61,974 nt of DNA from Cyanophyceae cyanobacterium (GTDB taxonomy: Bacteria > Cyanobacteriota > Cyanobacteriia > Cyanobacteriales > JBHJGN01): contig JBHJGN010000058.1 of assembly GCA_050331735.1 (NCBI GenBank), positions 1 through 61,974 on the forward strand, given 5' to 3'. Position 1 is the stretch's first letter. Each line of letters opens with the position of its first letter. A model generated the notes under the pieces. That model had not been told where the DNA came from and did not search any database. It saw only the letters and a program-made list of their open reading frames with translations. A program made the position numbers and the translations under genes. Below, one piece after another: positions 45,201-51,200 of this stretch.

Positions 45201-48200
45201 CAGGATGCTTACTACAGCGGTGCCACCGGAGATATTAAGGAGTGGTTTGTTCATCGGGTTGATTACAATCTCGGCGACATTAACTGGAGTGGTGTCGAAA
45301 CGCCGAGTGCCGACCATAGCTTTAATGAGCTTAACGATGCTCAGCAGGCAAAGGTTTTAGCATCTCTAGGCTATGAGAAGCTCTACGATTTCAGCTTCAA
45401 CAACGCAGAGGTTAACCGAACTCTCAACGGCAATCCGACCACCAACACTGTCTACTGGAAGCTCGAAGAGGCGACGGAATCTGTTGAAGAAGAAACTGTG
45501 GAGCTAACGGTTTACGTCAATCAAGACGGAACTGAAAAAGATACCTTTGTTAAGGGGATTGACTACACCATCGACAGCATTGCCTGGGGCACCGCAGGGA
45601 CACCCAGGGCTGACCATACCTTTGCTGAGCTAACAGGTGCTCAGCAGCAGGCTGTCCTAGAGCAGCTTGGCTACGAGGAAACCGTTAGAGAAGTGACTCA
45701 AACTAAGCAGATTGTCGGCGGTCAAGACTACAAGCAAGGCTTTGTGAATGGGATTGACTACACTGAGGATAAGATCAACTGGGACGGTGTTGGAACCCCT
45801 GCGAATAATCACAAATTTGAGAACTTAACGCCTGAACAAAAAGAAGCTGTTGCTAAATCTTTGGGCTATGCCAGCAGCTATAGTTTTATCGTCGAAACCT
45901 TCTCAAACCCACTGACGGGCGAGAGCCAGCAAAGCTTTAACAATGGTATCGATTACAACATCAATCAGATCAACTGGACTGTTGCTGAACCCGTTGCAGG
46001 AGATTCCTTTGCAAGTCTGTCAGCAGATCAAAAGGCGTTAGTAATTGCTCATTTAGGATATATTCCTGCTAGTAATCTAACCGCTACTCAAAAAGCTGAT
46101 GTTAACTCCCGCTTTGGCATTACTCTAAACGCGGGCGATTACTGGAACCCAACCAGCTATCAAGTAAAACAGTCTTTTGTAACGGGTACTGACTATGCCA
46201 TTAGCGACATTACCTGGGATGTCGCAGCACCTGAACCTGGGCACAAATTTGAAGACTTAAATAGTGCTCAGAAAGACCGGATCTTGAAGCACTTAGGATA
46301 TTTCAATAGAAGCTATCAGAAAGCTGCTGATGCTGCTGAAACTGAGGTTGTTAAGGTCAATATCGATGGCTGGGGCGATAAGTATATTCGGATGCCACAA
46401 GGCATGGAAGCGGATGTTTTATCTGTGCTGCGGGTAGTTTCTCAAGGCGAGGCGAAAACTTGGCAGGAACGTGTCGGTGAATACTGGGATGAAGCCGAAG
46501 TATTCTACACACAGACTCATTCAGCCCATACAGAATATACCTTCACTCATGATGAAACTGGTAAGCCTGCAACTGTAACGGATAATGACGGTCGAGCTGC
46601 CCTATGGAATGTTTCATACATTAGTTCTACTGGTGAAAGGTATTACGACCTGATCGATAGAAGTAATAATGCTTTCCATAATTACGATCCTGAATGGTCG
46701 CCGATGACCAAAGATACGATTCGTGATGCACCTATTAGAGCGACGCAAGCACCATCTTTGTACTTCTCCACAACAGATTCTTTAGTTAACGAGCAGCTCG
46801 AAAACACTGATTCAAAAGCTGTTGGTACGAATCCAGTTGGAAGCTCCAGAGATGAATGGCGAACCTCAGAGCCATCAGTTGCGTATTATAAGTCGCTAGC
46901 TGGCTCAAATAGATACGTTAGGTTGAGTGAGAAAGATAACTATGGCGGCGAGACTGACACATTTGGTCGAGGAGAATATAGCAACCTAGAAACTCATAAC
47001 AATAACAAAGCCAGTGATGACTATAGTGCTGTAGATGTAAACCACGGAATGCGCGCTATTTTGTACGACAATACTTCATTTGGCGGAAGCTCCATAATAA
47101 TTGACTCGGATATTGGCAAACTGAGCGATAGGGGCTGGAATGATCGAGCTTCATCGCTGAGGGTTGAAGAAAACTTTAGAATTTGGTCCGCTACCACAAT
47201 CTATGAGGATTTCAAAGACTATGCCTACAGTTGGAAGTCTGTAGACAACGATATCTACGACACTCGCCTCACCCTCGACTACCAGTGGGTCAGCAACGCT
47301 CAAGATATCTTCGACCAACGCCCCCGCTACGAAACGGTAGAAGGACTGGTCAAAGTCGTTGATTTTAAGACCGAAACCCTCTTCCGAACAGAAACTATTA
47401 CCCAAGATCAGCTTTTCTGGAGAACCGAGCGCCAGACTGGGGAGGAAAAAGCTTTTGGTGGCTTCAGCGGCGATTCCATTCAAGCCAGCAACATTACCAT
47501 CGATGCGGGTAACGACGTAACCATCAGCGCTCAGCTCAGCGCCCAGGGTAACGATAGCGCGATCGCCATCAACGCGGTTGGCACGGCTCACATCAAAGGA
47601 CAACTCCCCGAAGGCAGCGATGCGGATGAAGTTCTCGCGGCACCCGCCCTGCTCACGGCTCAAAGCAATATTACCGTTCAGGCAAACCAGATTACCGTTA
47701 GCGATGCTAGCGAACTGACGGTAACGGACAGCAACGGTCGCGTGACCCTAACCTCTGCCAGCAACCTCGCCTTCGGCGGCATCACCACTGCTGGCGAGCT
47801 AACTAATACAGGCACTGGTCAGGTACAGCTTAGCGCCGCCACCAATATCGACCTCAACGGCAAGCTTAACGCTAGCGCCACCGTCGCTGTTAACGCAGGC
47901 ACCAGCGGCATAGGCAGCATCGAGGGCAGCGCTGTCACTGAATTATTGACCGCCGATAGCGGCACCATCCGCCTCGCGGCGGGAGCCAACGACGGCAACA
48001 TTACTTTACCGGGGGCCAGCCTTCAGGGAGGCACCGTCGCACTAATCGCCGATGCAGGCAGCATCAGCAACTACGATCGCACCTCCGACGCTGACGGAAA
48101 TCTCAGCGAAGTCCTTGACGGTCAGATCGTCGGAGATGCCGTTACCCTACAAGCGCAAGAGCGGATCGATGCCAACGTCCGAGCGGACGAACTCAGCGCG

Positions 48201-51200
48201 ACGAGTGATGCCGCCATCGACCTCAGCTTAGATGATGCTGAAACCTCCACTGTCGTCACTGCCAGCGCCGCCGACCTAAACCTGACTGCCTTGGGTGATA
48301 TCACAGTAAACAACATCGCTGCCACCAATGCGGCTGTCCTCGCTCTCCTTCAGGGCGACCTCACCTTCGCGGCTAATGGCAAATTAGCAGCAGCAACTCA
48401 AGTTAACCTTAATGTTCAGGGAGACATCATCGATAGCGCTGGTAGCAGTCAATTAACTACTGATTTCTTAGAGCTTTTAGCTGCTGGCGATGCCGCCATC
48501 AACACAACCATCAACAGTTTGAAGATCGAGAGTGTCGGCGCCGGTCAGGTAGAAATTGCGAATACGGGCGAGCTGACGTTGGTAGAAAGCGCCCTCAGCG
48601 GTGGAGATTTTGTTCTCTCTACCACAGGCAATTTGGCGGTCGATACCGTTCAGCAAACCGCTGACCGCGAGGAAGGCCAATCCATTGCTCTGACGGCTGG
48701 CGGCCATATTACCTTCGACCTCATCGATGCCGGACAATACTACGGCAACCTGAATCTGACGGCGGGAGGGGCGATCGCTGCGGGTGCTGTGGGCGATCGC
48801 CAAGTCGATTTGCGCTCAAACACCCTCAGCCTAGAAGCCAATGCCCTGACTGCCCTCGAAACCAACGTGGCGCGGGTTGAATCTGCTGTGGTGGCGACAG
48901 GCGACATTAATCTCCATAACTGGTTTGAAGACCTCCTCAACGAACACCAGCGCGCTGTAGAAATCAACCGCATTGAAGCGACAGCGGGCAATATCTTCTT
49001 TGAATCAGGAGGAACCATTCAAACTACAACGGCTCTTACCGCTGGTGGCGGAACTATTGATATCACCAGTCGCGGAGACAGCATTAAGGTGGATGTCGTT
49101 ACAGACGAGCAGAACAACGTCATCGACGACACCATTAGCAGTCAGAGTCTGGCGCTACGCGGCACCGGGCAACTCGTCACCGATAGACGGGTGATCCTCG
49201 ATGCCGACGAAATTACGCTGGGCTATGGGGAAACGGGTGTTCTGCAAGGCGCTGTTAGCTTACCGAATATCAATACCAAGGATCTGGACCTAGAGCTAGG
49301 ATCCGGCAGCATCATCGTCTCTCCCGAAACTTTCGGTAACTCTGTGGAGCAACTCGACAGAGTTAACCTCGTAGCGCGAGGCAATCAGGTGGTGGTGCGC
49401 GATCGCCTCAACTTCCGCGAGTATGTCGATTTCAATAGCGGCGAAGTTTACTACTACAGCCTCGCTGAAGACAAGAATCTTCACGACAGCGAGGCGATCG
49501 TCAAGGACCAATACTACAAAGACGTGCGGGGCACTCTTGAGCCGGTGAATCCTAGCGGTTTACAGCTCGTTGAGGCTCGTGAACTAGTCGGTTACTATCG
49601 CTACCGCGAAGTCAACCGTGGCGAAACCTACTACCTCGACCAGCCCGATACCGAAGCTGCCCGCATCTTTGCCTACGGCGATAGTACGCTGCAAGAACTT
49701 GACGACACCGCCAAGGCAGCGCTCGTCTTAGCTCCCGTCCTGAAGGTGATGAGCTACCAAGAACGGGAGGCTCAAAGCGGTCGCTATGTCTTCATCGGCA
49801 GCGACGGACGAGAATACTATAAAGACCGTCCCGATAGCAGTGAGGTGTACACCCGCCAAAACGCTGAGGGCAAGTACCTCTACGCCGTTCTCGAGGATGG
49901 CAACCCTAATCAAATTCCTGTCTACAAAGTTGTCGCCTCCGACGAAGCGGACTACGAAGTTTTTGCAACTACCAATGCTGACCAGTACACAGAAGCGGAA
50001 ATCAACTTTGTGGAAGTAACTAACCCCGTGGAGCTAGAGGCTAAGCTTGTTGAAGAACTAGCCGGGGGAATTCAACTGGGTGAATCGGCTGGGGAACTGA
50101 AACAGGACCGACAAGGCTTGACCGTTGGTGCCCAAACCCTCGTGCTGTCGGCACAGCGCGATCTCGGGGACATTACTAGCTTTGCGGACCTCGCCGGGTC
50201 GAGCGTTACCATTGCTAGCGGCGGTAGCCTCCATTTTAAAGATGCCCCCCAGGAAGCAACTGACCTCACGATTGCCTCTATGGGGTACTTTGACAGCGCG
50301 GGTCAATTCACGGGCGGTCGCATTACGAGCGATATCACGCTGGCAGCGCAAGATTTGTCTCTGTCTGCTGTAGAAGGATTTGATGTTTCTACTGACGTTG
50401 ATGTACTCACGGCCAAGATTTTAAATACCGGAGATATGAGCGTTCGCGAAGCTGATGGTGTAAAGCTTCAGGATATTTCTGTCGCTGATGGCAGCTTTGA
50501 ACTCGTCTCTGAGTCCGGAATCGTTGAGCTGGGAAATGTGGTCGGCACCAGCGCCACCATCACGGCTCAGCAGCTTAACGGCATCAACCTCGATGAGATT
50601 CCGGAGCTGACGGCTCAAAGTCTGACGGTCAACGTTTCTGACGGCATCGGGAGTGCTAACGCACCGCTAGAAACCTCAGTTGAGACCCTCAAGGTCACTG
50701 CGGGTGACTCCGTTAACCTGAGCAACTATGGTGCTATGTCTGTTAACGGCATCAGCTCCGGTGCTGATATTCAGCTTGAAACTCATAGTCCTCTCACTGT
50801 TGCTGAGGATATTAGCTCTGGGGGCACCATCACTCTGAGAGCGAATGAATCTGCTGCGCCGGATTCCGATCGCCTGACGATCGAGACAGGGGTCACTATT
50901 CAGTCTAGCGATCGCCGGATCACTTTAGAAGCGGGAGACGATATCGTTGTTGAAACCGGGGCCACTATCGATGCTGGCAGTAGCGACATTGAAATTCGCG
51001 GTGACTATCAGAATGAAGAGGACAGTAGTGGCAGCACCATGACTCTTGCTGGAACCTTTAACAGCGATCGCATCTCCATTGCAGGAGGCCAAGATGAAGA
51101 CATCATCAATCTCAGCGGCAGCTTCAATACCGCGACTACCGAAATCTCAACCGGGAAGAGTGACGATACGATTAACCTGAGCGACGACAATCAAACTGTT

